This document shows, one piece after another, positions 1 through 9,824 of a stretch of DNA of 64,000 nucleotides. The stretch is from the IMG/VR virus record IMGVR_UViG_3300036945_000368, positions 16,031-80,030 of that record; one strand, 5' to 3'. This stretch comes from a virus. Positions within the stretch are counted from its first letter, which is position 1. Each line of letters opens with the position of its first letter. Both the position numbers and the translations under genes were made by a program. The notes below the pieces were generated by a model, which was not told the origin of the DNA, made no database searches, and was given only the letters and a program-made list of their open reading frames with translations.

Positions 1-680
1 TTACTTATGTTTTCAAATGCAGTTAATATTTGCAAATTCCAAGGGACATGTAAGCCGCAAACTGTTTCACCTCTGAGAGGTATGATGTGGTCTACATGAT
101 GCATTATACCTGTATCCAGAGTCAGTTGTTCGCAACGTTCGTAAATTAATCTAATTTGCTCTAAATGTTCTACAGTCAACCAAGAAGGAGTTGCTTTAAG
201 TTTGGAAGCCCTGTATTTAGCATGATTAGCATTACACCTATCTTTATTTTTCTTTTTCCATGTAGAAGCTTGTTCCTTAACTTTAGTAGGATTATTTTGC
301 CGATATTTTGCCGAACTTTGTTTATAATCTTCTGTAAAAATTGCATACTTAAGTTCATTCAATGCTCTTAGTATTTCTTTATTTTTCTCGTTATACTCAT
401 GCCGCGATTTTGCTCTACAAACTTTACAACAACTTCTGTACCCATCCGCACTGACCGATTCTTTAGAAAATTCAAAAATAGGCTTCTCTGTTAAACAATC
501 ATTACAAATCTTATATGTCAAAACAGGGTAATTTTTTTGTGATAGTTTTGCAGTAATCTTTGATTGAGATAGTCTACAAGACTTGCAGACATGTCGGTAA
601 CCAGTCTTACAGGAAGAACTTTTCGCAAATTGATTCAAAGGTTTTGTAAGATTACATTTTTTACAAATTTGTTCTAACAT
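1..680 (-). CDS. HNH homing endonuclease with two N-terminal CxxC zinc-ribbon repeats (runs off the window edge)
   Basis: Not in the ORF track. Manual translation from ATG 680: MLEQICKKC...CKSC...ICNDC...CKVC...KATPSWLT...HVDHIIPLRGETVCGLHVPWNLQILTAFENIS, open to base 1. Confidence 0.9.
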   Translation of the reverse strand, partial: MLEQICKKCNLTKPLNQFAKSSSCKTGYRHVCKSCRLSQSKITAKLSQKNYPVLTYKICNDCLTEKPIFEFSKESVSADGYRSCCKVCRAKSRHEYNEKNKEILRALNELKYAIFTEDYKQSSAKYRQNNPTKVKEQASTWKKKNKDRCNANHAKYRASKLKATPSWLTVEHLEQIRLIYERCEQLTLDTGIMHHVDHIIPLRGETVCGLHVPWNLQILTAFENIS

Positions 681-1126
681 AGTTGTGTCTCACTGTACTG
701 TTGAATTCTTACACCAGAACCTTCTAGCAAATCTAAGCCAGATGCATCACGGTAAGGTGTCTTGTAGACTATGCGTTTAACGCCAGCTTGAACCATCATA
801 GCGCTGCATTGTACGCAAGGTGCAAGTGTAACATACACAGTTGAATCAACACAGCTTACACCCTCTCGTGCAGCTTTCAAAATACAGTTCAACTCTGCAT
901 GAATTACTTCTGGTTTTGTAACTCGTGTAACAAACCAATCCTTATCGATAAGTTCTTCTTCACAGCAGTTATCACGCCCTTTAGCAGTGCCATTATAGCC
1001 AGTGAGGGTTACCCCGTGACTAGTGACTAAAACAGCTCCTACCTGCGCTCTAACAGCCTTTGAGAGCATTGCATGAGTTAGTGCTGTCTGCATGTAGACG
1101 CTATCAAGTTCTTTTTGACTAGCCAT
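674..1126 (-). CDS. dCMP deaminase
   Basis: VGAVLV...GYNG...HAELN...TLAPCVQC...AGVKRIVY motifs of the dCMP/ComEB deaminase family. Confidence 0.92.
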   Translation of the reverse strand: MASQKELDSVYMQTALTHAMLSKAVRAQVGAVLVTSHGVTLTGYNGTAKGRDNCCEEELIDKDWFVTRVTKPEVIHAELNCILKAAREGVSCVDSTVYVTLAPCVQCSAMMVQAGVKRIVYKTPYRDASGLDLLEGSGVRIQQYSETQLC

Positions 1127-1388
1127 GATACACCTTTACAATCGTTTTAGGTGTTAATTTATCTGGAGGTTGTTTCTCCATAACTTCAACAGCTCTTTCA
1201 AAAGTGTTTACCTTAGCATTGTCAATATAAGCGATAGTCCACCACATGATATCTTCAAAGAATCCACCCAACCATGCAGCGCGGTCCTTATATACCCACA
1301 TTAGACCACACCAGCCACGCTTACGTACAGCAAAATTACCATCGGCAAATTCCACAATATGTGGTTTAAAAATGTTATAGAACTTCAT
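1119..1388 (-). CDS. hypothetical protein
   Basis: ORF; ATG 1388 (MKFYNIF) follows an AAGGA SD, preferred over 1436. Confidence 0.7.
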   Translation of the reverse strand: MKFYNIFKPHIVEFADGNFAVRKRGWCGLMWVYKDRAAWLGGFFEDIMWWTIAYIDNAKVNTFERAVEVMEKQPPDKLTPKTIVKVYHG

Positions 1389-1722
1389 ATTCTTTAATTC
1401 CTTCTTCAGATGTATAACGAACAAACTTAACACCAAAACCTTTCAGCATTGCTTGACAAGTTGGACAAGGTTTGGCAATAGCCATATCACCATTGTCATG
1501 AAAACGCTGCACTAGAATGCTATGGATATCTTTACGTCCAGATTGTAGCACAGCTGATAACTCAGCATGCTGGTAAATCTTTTCATTAGACTCTCCAGCC
1601 TTAACTGCAAAGTGCTGCATCAAAGGATGAGACTTATTGTAGTTGTTAGTACCAGTTCCTAGTACCTTTCCTTTGCGATCAAAGCATGTAGCTACAATAG
1701 TGTAGCGTTTTCGTACTGACAT
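1375..1722 (-). CDS. second zinc-dependent cytidine/deoxycytidylate deaminase-fold protein
   Basis: HAE...KPCPTC zinc motif; ATG overlaps the upstream stop (TAATG). Confidence 0.8.
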   Translation of the reverse strand: MSVRKRYTIVATCFDRKGKVLGTGTNNYNKSHPLMQHFAVKAGESNEKIYQHAELSAVLQSGRKDIHSILVQRFHDNGDMAIAKPCPTCQAMLKGFGVKFVRYTSEEGIKEYEVL

Positions 1723-2171
1723 TAGCAACTGCCCTTAGCTTTCTTGAGTTTGCGTTGAATAGACGAGAGTTTGTTACTTTGAATTTTAAGTTTACGCTTC
1801 CAACTCTTGAGTTGATTCAGATACGCAAAATCTTCTAAAGTATTTGGATTATCAGGGTCACACAACAACCAGTGAACTTGGATATCACGGTTGATTAGTT
1901 TCTTGACCTCTTCCACCCTAGTTAGTGCAACACGGTTGATGCTGACAAGAAAATCAATGTCTTCGTTAGTAAGGGTTTCGATATTGTGCAAGATGACAGT
2001 GTTGCGTACCTCAAAGTTCACTGGTTCACCACCCAACAGTAAAGCCTCTTGCGTAGGTTTGCCTTGTACTGATTTCTCAGCACGTTTCCAGAAGATTTCG
2101 GCCAGTGTACGTTCATCTTCACCAAGACCCATACGCTCAACCAAGCTATCGAACTCAGATTTCATTTGCAT
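1722..2171 (-). CDS. hypothetical protein (C-terminal coiled coil)
   Basis: 149-aa ORF with AAGGAG SD. Confidence 0.7.
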   Translation of the reverse strand: MQMKSEFDSLVERMGLGEDERTLAEIFWKRAEKSVQGKPTQEALLLGGEPVNFEVRNTVILHNIETLTNEDIDFLVSINRVALTRVEEVKKLINRDIQVHWLLCDPDNPNTLEDFAYLNQLKSWKRKLKIQSNKLSSIQRKLKKAKGSC

Positions 2172-2200
2172 TGCAGCTCCTTTAAGTTATTGAAGCCTCT

Positions 2201-2290
2201 ACTTTACCACAACTTTTTGCTGTTTGCAACACTTATTTTGAAAATATTTCTAACATTGTGCTTGCCTTCTAACAAGAACTATGCTATAGT
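2201..2290. promoter_or_regulatory. divergent sigma70-type promoters
   Basis: Minus: TTGCAA-17-TAAAGT (2229-2201). Plus: TTGCCT-17-TATAGT with TG extension (2262-2290). Confidence 0.7.
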
Positions 2291-2319
2291 GTAGTTTTCA
2301 ACGTTACAAGGAGAACCCT

Positions 2320-2622
2320 ATGAATGACCCGTATAATCAGTTATCTGTAGCATCAGGTGTTACAGATGGTAGTACTAACAAACCAGAAGTTTACTATGAA
2401 GGTGAACCTAGGTTTTGGTTTTGGTACGATACTGTTCAAGAAGTAGCTAGTTTAGAAAGAGTGTGGAACCACCCTGTACTAGGTTTCTGTCGTGATGTAC
2501 GTACAAGCGCAGTCCTTCGAAAGTTTGATGGTGGTTTTGAGACACGTAACACCATCTACAAAGAACTTACACCACAGATTCGTGCAACTTTTGCACCTAA
2601 ATTTTTAACAGAGGTAGAATAA
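2320..2622 (+). CDS. hypothetical phage protein
   Basis: ORF with AGGAG SD, coupled to the next gene. Confidence 0.7.
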   Translation: MNDPYNQLSVASGVTDGSTNKPEVYYEGEPRFWFWYDTVQEVASLERVWNHPVLGFCRDVRTSAVLRKFDGGFETRNTIYKELTPQIRATFAPKFLTEVE

Positions 2623-3203
2623 TGTCACAGATTATTTATAATGCTATTCGTACACCCGATGGTACAGTTCTGCACAGTCGTCATCGTCATGACTACAAAG
2701 AACACTTAGATGCTATTACTGGTGAACTGTATATCAATGACGGTGGCAATGATTACCAGCGCCGTAGTGTAAATACAACACCAGCTGAAGAACTTTCTAT
2801 CACAATGGATGATTCTCATAGTGTCAAACGACAGTTTATTACATGGAAGACTTACGGTAAGGACGGAGAATTTCCAGAAGGTAAGTTGCTCAAATTGTGT
2901 GATATGGAGGTTGACCATATTCGTGCTATACTTGATACTCAACACCACATTCATGGTACGTATATTGAACAGTTGTTTGCAGATGAGTTAGAATGGAGAG
3001 AGGACAACTCTGTAGGCACTTTAGGTGATTTTTCTGAATGGCTTATGGCGGCTCAATCCGGTACAATCGGACCTTTCGGTAAACCTATGCCATTGATTAC
3101 AGAAATTCTTTATGGAGTTTGTAAGAACAACGAAGAACAATTTAAGCAAGTTTGTGATATGATGCAGGTTGCTTTCGAAGCAGGTCAAAAATTTAAGGAG
3201 TAA
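2622..3203 (+). CDS. conserved hypothetical phage protein
   Basis: 193-aa ORF, SRHRHDY...DGGNDY motif, TAATG coupling. Confidence 0.75.
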   Translation: MSQIIYNAIRTPDGTVLHSRHRHDYKEHLDAITGELYINDGGNDYQRRSVNTTPAEELSITMDDSHSVKRQFITWKTYGKDGEFPEGKLLKLCDMEVDHIRAILDTQHHIHGTYIEQLFADELEWREDNSVGTLGDFSEWLMAAQSGTIGPFGKPMPLITEILYGVCKNNEEQFKQVCDMMQVAFEAGQKFKE

Positions 3204-3205
3204 CT

Positions 3206-3343
3206 ATGTCAGAAACTGAAAAATTTTGGGTTGCAGTTGCAGCTAAGTTTGGTGATAACCGTCAGTGGCATCAATTGCAACCGCAGGAGCAACATCAGGT
3301 TATCATGGGTATCAACATGATTTTATCGGTGGTAGCGCGATGA
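3206..3343 (+). CDS. small hypothetical protein (45 aa)
   Basis: Below track cutoff: MSETEKFWVAVAAKFGDNRQW...; AAGGAG SD; ATGA overlap with the next gene. Confidence 0.65.
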   Translation: MSETEKFWVAVAAKFGDNRQWHQLQPQEQHQVIMGINMILSVVAR

Positions 3344-3624
3344 AATTCCAAAAGAAACCAGTAATCATTGATGCATATCAGTGGGATGGTAGTAGAGGCT
3401 GTGCTGAGGATATCTCTGCGCTATTTCCAAAGTTAGTTACTAACTCGTTTGAATATTATATGAATCTAGATGACAAACACCCTAACAGTTGGACCATCTA
3501 TACTCTTGAAGGTTTAATCACAGCAAAGCCAAACGATTGGATTATTAAAGGTGTACAAGGAGAGTTTTATCCTTGTAAGCCAGATATTTTTGAACAAACT
3601 TATACCCACTGGATTGAAGTATGA
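3340..3624 (+). CDS. conserved phage protein (PGDYG-like family)
   Basis: MKFQKKPVIIDAYQWDG...TLEG...DWIIKGVQGEFYPCKPDIFEQTY; true start 3340. Confidence 0.8.
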   Translation: MKFQKKPVIIDAYQWDGSRGCAEDISALFPKLVTNSFEYYMNLDDKHPNSWTIYTLEGLITAKPNDWIIKGVQGEFYPCKPDIFEQTYTHWIEV

Positions 3625-3731
3625 CATTTCCTAAGCTAATTTGGATGAGTCCAAAGATTTTTTATTACGCAGGTTTGTATCTTAAACTTGGTAACAAACG
3701 TTACCGCATATTGAAAGTAGGTCCACGATGA
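3621..3731 (+). CDS. small hypothetical protein (36 aa)
   Basis: ATGA overlaps at both ends; fills the gap exactly. Confidence 0.55.
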   Translation: MTFPKLIWMSPKIFYYAGLYLKLGNKRYRILKVGPR

Positions 3732-4630
3732 TTCCAGAAGGTTTTAAGCCAAGTCTCGCAATTGAACAAGCTAAGGTTAAGACACAACCAGCACTACGCT
3801 ATCTCAGTGAAAAGCTTGACGGTATTCGTTGTGTAATCTTTGGTGGTGTTGCGTATAGTCGCAGTCTTAAAAAGATTCCTAACCTATCAATTCAAGCATA
3901 TGTAGCGCATCACGCTACAGTACTCGAAGGTATGGATTGTGAAATTATTGTTGGTGACAAGAATGCACCAGATGTATTCACACAATCAACTTCTGGCGTT
4001 ATGCGTATTGAAGGTGAACCTGATTTTACTTTGTGGGTGTTCGACTATTACCATCCAGATAAAGTGTGGTTGGAGCGTTACAATCAGTTGCAAGATATGT
4101 ATGACCGTGGACGTTTCCCACAACGTGCCCAATTGCTTAAGCATACGTACATGCTTGATGATGAAGATATCGATGCAGCTGAAGCCTATTTCCTAGACTT
4201 AGGTGCTGAAGGTGTTATGTTGCGCGATGCACATGCTAAATATAAGTGTGGTCGCTCTGGTACAAAGAATCCAGAACTACAGAAGGTTAAGCGTTTCGTA
4301 GACAAGGAATTTGAAATCATTGGTTGGGAGCCAAAGTACCACAATACTAATGAAGCAAAGACCAATGAGTTAGGACGCACAGAACGCTCTACAGCTAAAG
4401 ATGGTATGGTAGCCCTAGATACTATGGGAACGCTCCTTCTACGTACCTCTGAGGGCTTAGAATTCGGTTGTGGTAGTGGATTCACTGACGCTTTACGTGC
4501 AGAGCTGTGGGAGATTCGTGATACACTAGCAGGTCAGCTTGCAAAGGTAAAATATTTCGATGTAGGAACTGGTTATAGCGTACCTCGCTTTCCAGTGTTT
4601 CAAGGTATTCGTCATAAAGACGACATGTAA
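3728..4630 (+). CDS. lig: ATP-dependent DNA ligase
   Basis: SEKLDGIR motif I, EGVMLR, KVKRF, CGSGF, PRFPVF. Confidence 0.95.
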   Translation: MIPEGFKPSLAIEQAKVKTQPALRYLSEKLDGIRCVIFGGVAYSRSLKKIPNLSIQAYVAHHATVLEGMDCEIIVGDKNAPDVFTQSTSGVMRIEGEPDFTLWVFDYYHPDKVWLERYNQLQDMYDRGRFPQRAQLLKHTYMLDDEDIDAAEAYFLDLGAEGVMLRDAHAKYKCGRSGTKNPELQKVKRFVDKEFEIIGWEPKYHNTNEAKTNELGRTERSTAKDGMVALDTMGTLLLRTSEGLEFGCGSGFTDALRAELWEIRDTLAGQLAKVKYFDVGTGYSVPRFPVFQGIRHKDDM

Positions 4631-4639
4631 GGAGTAAAT

Positions 4640-5674
4640 ATGTCAGAACGTCAATTAGCAACAATCCGTAAAATCGCTGCATTAGAACCTATTGAAGGCG
4701 CAGATGCAATCGAAGTAGCCGTAGTCGATGGTTGGAAAGTGGTAGTAAAAAAGGGGGAGTTTGCTGTAAATCAGTTAGCGGTATATTTCGAATTGGATGC
4801 GTGGATTCCAACAGAACTAGCGCCGTTCTTATCCAAAGGTAAAGAACCTCGTGCTTTCGAAGGTATCCGTGGTGAACGCCTACGTACAGTTAAACTACGT
4901 GGTCAAATCAGCCAAGGCTTGTTACTGCCTTATATTGAAACCTTAACTGTTGAACATGAAGGTAATACAGGCATTGGCGATTGGAAAGAAGGTGATGACG
5001 TTACAGAAGCCTTAGGTATTAAAAAGTGGGAGCGTCCTATGAATGCTCAACTTGCAGGTATGGCACGAGGCAATTTCCCTGCATTAGTACCAAAGACTGA
5101 CCAAGCACGTATTCAAAACCTTACTCGTGATTTTGAGAAGTTGCAGGAAGATACGTGGTCCATTACCGAAAAGCTTGATGGTTCGTCTTGCACTTTCTAT
5201 TTGGATTCAGAAGGTGAATTTCACGTATGCAGTCGCAATCTAGACTTGAAACCTGACGAGGTAAATACCTTTTGGAAACTTGCCTTGCAATTGGATATCG
5301 AAGCTGTTATGCGCCGACATAGCCTATTAGGTATGGCTATTCAAGGTGAAATGATCGGTGAAGGTATTCAAGGTAATCAGTACAAGACAAGGCTTGACTT
5401 TTACGTTTACGACATGTACAATACAAGTACTGGCGAGTACATCTTGCCAATTCAGCTTGAAGCTGCATGTAAACGTTTAGGTTTAAAGCACGTACCTATT
5501 ATTGCATCCAACACCGATATCAAAGAACAGACAATTGAATCTATTTTGCAATTTGCAGAAGGTAAGTCTCAATTGAATGGTAGTGAGAGGGAAGGTTTGG
5601 TCTTTAAGAGTAGTACTGTACATTACTTAAGTTTTAAAGCTGTGAGTAATCGTTGGCTCATGAAATATGAATAA
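4640..5674 (+). CDS. RNA ligase, DRB0094 family
   Basis: N-terminal OB-like module (PIEGADAIE...KLRGQISQGLL), TEKLDGSS, QGEMIG, EREGLVFK, FKAVSN. Confidence 0.9.
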   Translation: MSERQLATIRKIAALEPIEGADAIEVAVVDGWKVVVKKGEFAVNQLAVYFELDAWIPTELAPFLSKGKEPRAFEGIRGERLRTVKLRGQISQGLLLPYIETLTVEHEGNTGIGDWKEGDDVTEALGIKKWERPMNAQLAGMARGNFPALVPKTDQARIQNLTRDFEKLQEDTWSITEKLDGSSCTFYLDSEGEFHVCSRNLDLKPDEVNTFWKLALQLDIEAVMRRHSLLGMAIQGEMIGEGIQGNQYKTRLDFYVYDMYNTSTGEYILPIQLEAACKRLGLKHVPIIASNTDIKEQTIESILQFAEGKSQLNGSEREGLVFKSSTVHYLSFKAVSNRWLMKYE

Positions 5675-5682
5675 GGAGTAGA

Positions 5683-7416
5683 ATGGCATTATTCGTTAAG
5701 CATACGAATTGCGAAAAATGTGGAAGTTCTAATGGCAATGCTATCTATAACGATGGCAGTCATTATTGTTGGGTATGTCAAGATAAAACACTAAGCGAAG
5801 ATTATAAGGCCCAACTTGATTCTAAAAAGCGCAAGGGTAAAGTTAAAAAAGTAAAGGAAGTTGAAGATATGGAAGTTAAACCTAGCACTAAACCTGCTCT
5901 GACTAAAGAAGAAAACCAAGAGTTCAAATCAGAAACCTCTGCAACAGGCAAGGGTTTTAGAGGCATTCGTGACGAGTTTAATAAGCAGTTCGGTGTACGC
6001 TATTCCTTTTCAGAAGAGACAGGCGAAGTAGTTGAACAAGCTTACCCATGTACTCAAGCTGGTGAATTAGTTGGTTACAAGATTCGTGAAGTGCCAAAGA
6101 ATTTTTACTCTAAGGCTCGTACTGGTGCTGACTGTGATTTATTCATGCAGTTCAAGTTTAACCGTGGTGGGCGTTATGTTATTATTACTGAAGGTGAAGT
6201 AGATGCGTTATCTGCGTATCAAATGCTTTCTGATTATAATAAAGAACGTAAGAGTGAATATGAAATTGCCGTAGTAAGTCCAACGACAGGTGCTAGTTCA
6301 CACAAGCAAATCGCAGGACAGTATAAGTTCTTTGATACGTTTGAACAGATTGTTGTTTCATACGACAATGACAAAGCTGGTCAAGCTGCTATTGAGAATA
6401 TCGTCAAGGTTTTACCTAAGGGTAAAGTCAAGATTATGTCTATGCGTTTTAAGGATGCAAACGAGTACTTAGAGAAGGGTGAAGAGAAGGCTTTTATTAG
6501 TGACTTCTACAACGCTAAGACCTACGTACCAGTTGGTGTATTACCTTCTAGCGGTTTGTATGATCGTATCTTGAATCAATCTTCAATAGCTAAAATTCCA
6601 TTCCCACCTTTTATGGGGCAATTGAATGAGCTGTTTATTGGTGGTATGCCATTAGGACATATTATCAACATTGCTGCAGATACTGGCATCGGTAAAACTA
6701 CTCTGGTAAATGAAATGATTTACTATTGGGTATTTAATTCTCCACACATGATTGGTATTGTTTCTATGGAACTTGATGCTGGTCAATATGGTGAAGCTTT
6801 ATTATCTCGACATATTGAAAAGAAGTTAGCTCTTATTCCGACACAGGAAGAGAAATTAGCGTTCTTACAATCTGACCGAGTTAGAGCGCAAGCTGACGAA
6901 TTAATGCTCGATTCCAGTGGTAATTCACGCTTCTATTTGCTAGATAACCGTGATGGTTCAGTGGACGATATTAAAGATACTATCGAAGAGTTAGTTGTAG
7001 GTTGTGGTGCTAAGGTTATTGTCTTAGACCCGTTACAAGATATCTTAGATGGTTTAGGTAATGAAGAGCAAGCTGAGTTCATGAAGTGGGCTAAGGGCTT
7101 TATGAAAAGCCATAGCGTTACGTTCGTATTCATTAACCACATGCGTAAAACACCTGCTGGTCAAAATGGAGCCGATAGCGAACAAAACATTATGGGTTCA
7201 AGTACCATTATCAAATCTGCATCTGCTAACATCTTGTTGAAACGAGACAAAATGGCAGAAGACGAGTTGACACGTAATAGCACAGAAATCAGTGTAACTA
7301 AGAACCGTGTATGCGGTTTGACAGGTCCAGCTGGTTCTATCTACTACGACAACAACACGCATACATTGCACAACCTGAAAGATTGGATGCAAGCAAACGT
7401 AAGCGATGTCAGGTAA
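5683..7416 (+). CDS. T7 gp4-like DNA primase-helicase
   Basis: Zn finger CEKC...CWVC, TOPRIM ITEGEVDA/YDND, KDANE, Walker A ADTGIGKT, VLDPLQ, KNR. Confidence 0.95.
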   Translation: MALFVKHTNCEKCGSSNGNAIYNDGSHYCWVCQDKTLSEDYKAQLDSKKRKGKVKKVKEVEDMEVKPSTKPALTKEENQEFKSETSATGKGFRGIRDEFNKQFGVRYSFSEETGEVVEQAYPCTQAGELVGYKIREVPKNFYSKARTGADCDLFMQFKFNRGGRYVIITEGEVDALSAYQMLSDYNKERKSEYEIAVVSPTTGASSHKQIAGQYKFFDTFEQIVVSYDNDKAGQAAIENIVKVLPKGKVKIMSMRFKDANEYLEKGEEKAFISDFYNAKTYVPVGVLPSSGLYDRILNQSSIAKIPFPPFMGQLNELFIGGMPLGHIINIAADTGIGKTTLVNEMIYYWVFNSPHMIGIVSMELDAGQYGEALLSRHIEKKLALIPTQEEKLAFLQSDRVRAQADELMLDSSGNSRFYLLDNRDGSVDDIKDTIEELVVGCGAKVIVLDPLQDILDGLGNEEQAEFMKWAKGFMKSHSVTFVFINHMRKTPAGQNGADSEQNIMGSSTIIKSASANILLKRDKMAEDELTRNSTEISVTKNRVCGLTGPAGSIYYDNNTHTLHNLKDWMQANVSDVR

Positions 7417-7419
7417 CAG

Positions 7420-7448
7420 TTGACGTAAGCCCTAAGTTGTGATAGACT
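7420..7448 (+). promoter_or_regulatory. sigma70-type promoter of the DNA polymerase, overlapped by an inverted repeat
   Basis: TTGACG-17-TAGACT; AAGCCCTAAGT/ACTTGGGCTT imperfect inverted repeat. Confidence 0.6.
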
Positions 7449-7477
7449 TGGGGCTTATTGCATTTTGAAAGGAAGTT

Positions 7478-9769
7478 ATGCGTTTTATTATCGACATTGA
7501 GAGTACAAATCTTTTACAAAACGGTTTAGATTACTCTGTAATGCCTTATGCACTGAAGCCTGATTACAAGGTATGGTGTGTTGTCATCCGTAACCTAGAT
7601 ACTAAGGCCGTGATTTCATTGGTTAAAGAAGAGATCACTAAGGAACGTATTCAGCATATCCTACGCGACTGCACCGAAATTATCGGTCATAACATTGTGG
7701 CCTTCGACTTGCCAGTGCTTAAGCTGTATGGTGTTATGGAGTATCGTGTAGGTTATCCAGATCAACCATCTACAGTGTTCGGCATCCCTTGTAAGATTAC
7801 CGACACGCTATTATGGTCAAAATTGCTCAGTCCTGATCGTTTTGGTGGACATAGCCTTGATGCATGGGGTAAGCGTTTAGGTAACCACAAAACTCACTTT
7901 GAAGAATGGGACCGTTTTTCTCAGGAGATGCTGGATTACTGTATTCAAGATACAAGCGTCAACGAGACTGTGCATTATGAGTTGATTGAAGAGCAAGGCG
8001 ATCATCCTTGGGACCGCGCATACTCTGTTGAAGTTAAACTCACAGATTTAACACTACGTCAAGAGTTATTCGGCTTTGATTTTAACGTACAACTGGCAGA
8101 GCAAAACCTTGCAGAGCTTAACAAGATGATGCAAGATATCGCTGTAAAAGTTGACCCACTGTTGCCAAAGAAGCGCATGTCTAAGGTAGCTGCAAGCTTC
8201 TACGAGTTACCTAAGATTAGATTTAAAAAGAACGGTGATGTATCATCTAACTTGCTCAAGTTCTGTGAAAAGACCGGCGCTGTATTATCTGAGAATAAGG
8301 AAACGATTGTTCTCGAAGGGAAAACATTTCCGCTGAATACTGACGAACCATTAAAGACACACGTAGATGCTGACATTGAAGATATAGATGTAGTAAAGGG
8401 TTACTTGATTTCATTAGGTTGGGAACCAACAGAAGTTAAAGAACGTGACATTGTTAAGAAGACAGATAAATCAATTCGTACCTATGCGGAAATCTTAGTT
8501 GCTATTGAACGCTACGTTGCACAAACCGAAACGTCTGTATTCCGTGAGTTGCGCTTAGACTTGATTGGCTGCAGTATGAACAATCTAAAACGTTATTTAG
8601 AAGGTAAGATTGATGGTAGCAAGCCAATCTATCTACCCACTACACCGAAGCTGACAGTAGGCGTTGAAAAAGAAATCTGTCCTGCACTAATTCAGTTAGG
8701 TGAGAAAGCCGACTTCGTGAAAGATGTTGTGCATTACTACACGTACCGTCACCGCCGCAATTCAATTGCTGGTGGTGTACTGGATGAAGATGGCGACCCT
8801 GTAACTGGTTTCTTAAGTAACGTCCGTGAAGATGGTCGTATTCCTACGCCTGCAGATACTTTAGGCGCTAATACTGGTAGGTATCGTCACAAGATTGTAT
8901 GTAATGTTCCTCGTGTAACTTCGTTATATGGTGAGCAAATGCGTAACTTATTCGGCGCTGGTAAAGGGTTGTGGCAACTAGGCTATGACTTTGCATCACT
9001 AGAAGCTCGTGTAATGGGTCACTACGTATTGCCATACACTGATGGGGAAGCATTGGCTATTTCATTGATTGCAGAGAAGCCCAACGATATTCATAGTATC
9101 AACGCACGTAAATTAGGTATTGACCGTAACTCAGCGAAGTCATTTAGCTACGCTGCTATTTACGGTGCTCAACCTAAGAAGCTTGCAAAGATGCTAGGTA
9201 TTTCATTAGACGAAGCTAAGGTACTATTCAACAACTATTGGGATGCTGTACCTGCATTGAAGCAGTTAAAAGAAGACTTAGAGAAAGCATGGGTATCACG
9301 CGATAAGAAGCACATTAAAGGGTTGGATGGTCGTCTACTATCAACACGTAGTAAACACAGCCTTATTAACGTTCTATTTCAATCTGGCGGTGCTATTGCT
9401 GCTAAGTGGTCTGCTGTTCGTTTAGCTCAAGCTATGGAAGAGCGTGGTATCTTGGGTGACCCGTTTGTTAACGATAAAACCGAAGCTAAGGTGTGGTGGT
9501 TGATTCACATGCATGACGAACAACAAATGGCTTGTCACCCTTCATTGATGCAAGTTAAGAGTTTTGCTACCGATGATGAAGCTAAGGCTGCACTATGCGA
9601 AGGTTCTAGTGCAATTGGTCACGGTTCTAAGGGGGCATATGTTGGTTTTAAGACACAGCCAGTTGAGTGCATTGATATCGGTATCAAGCAAGCGGTTAAG
9701 GAGTTAGGTTTAAGAGTTGAGTTAGGCTTTGAGTGGATACCCGGTATGTCTTGGGGACAATGCCATTGA
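7478..9769 (+). CDS. polA: DNA polymerase family A (T7-like) with 3'-5' exonuclease
   Basis: ExoI DIES, ExoII GHNIVAFD, ExoIII YCIQD; motif A DFASLE, motif B RNSAKSFSYAAIYG, motif C HDE. Confidence 0.95.
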   Translation: MRFIIDIESTNLLQNGLDYSVMPYALKPDYKVWCVVIRNLDTKAVISLVKEEITKERIQHILRDCTEIIGHNIVAFDLPVLKLYGVMEYRVGYPDQPSTVFGIPCKITDTLLWSKLLSPDRFGGHSLDAWGKRLGNHKTHFEEWDRFSQEMLDYCIQDTSVNETVHYELIEEQGDHPWDRAYSVEVKLTDLTLRQELFGFDFNVQLAEQNLAELNKMMQDIAVKVDPLLPKKRMSKVAASFYELPKIRFKKNGDVSSNLLKFCEKTGAVLSENKETIVLEGKTFPLNTDEPLKTHVDADIEDIDVVKGYLISLGWEPTEVKERDIVKKTDKSIRTYAEILVAIERYVAQTETSVFRELRLDLIGCSMNNLKRYLEGKIDGSKPIYLPTTPKLTVGVEKEICPALIQLGEKADFVKDVVHYYTYRHRRNSIAGGVLDEDGDPVTGFLSNVREDGRIPTPADTLGANTGRYRHKIVCNVPRVTSLYGEQMRNLFGAGKGLWQLGYDFASLEARVMGHYVLPYTDGEALAISLIAEKPNDIHSINARKLGIDRNSAKSFSYAAIYGAQPKKLAKMLGISLDEAKVLFNNYWDAVPALKQLKEDLEKAWVSRDKKHIKGLDGRLLSTRSKHSLINVLFQSGGAIAAKWSAVRLAQAMEERGILGDPFVNDKTEAKVWWLIHMHDEQQMACHPSLMQVKSFATDDEAKAALCEGSSAIGHGSKGAYVGFKTQPVECIDIGIKQAVKELGLRVELGFEWIPGMSWGQCH

Positions 9770-9824
9770 TTGTTGCAAATGCTAATTTGTATGCTATACT
9801 GCATGCATCTTGAAAGGATTAGAA

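Noticed and set aside
165-371. Track ORFs 165-371 (+) and 176-358 (-)
   Set aside because: Both lie inside the real HNH frame 680->1, which the track missed because it has no stop inside the window
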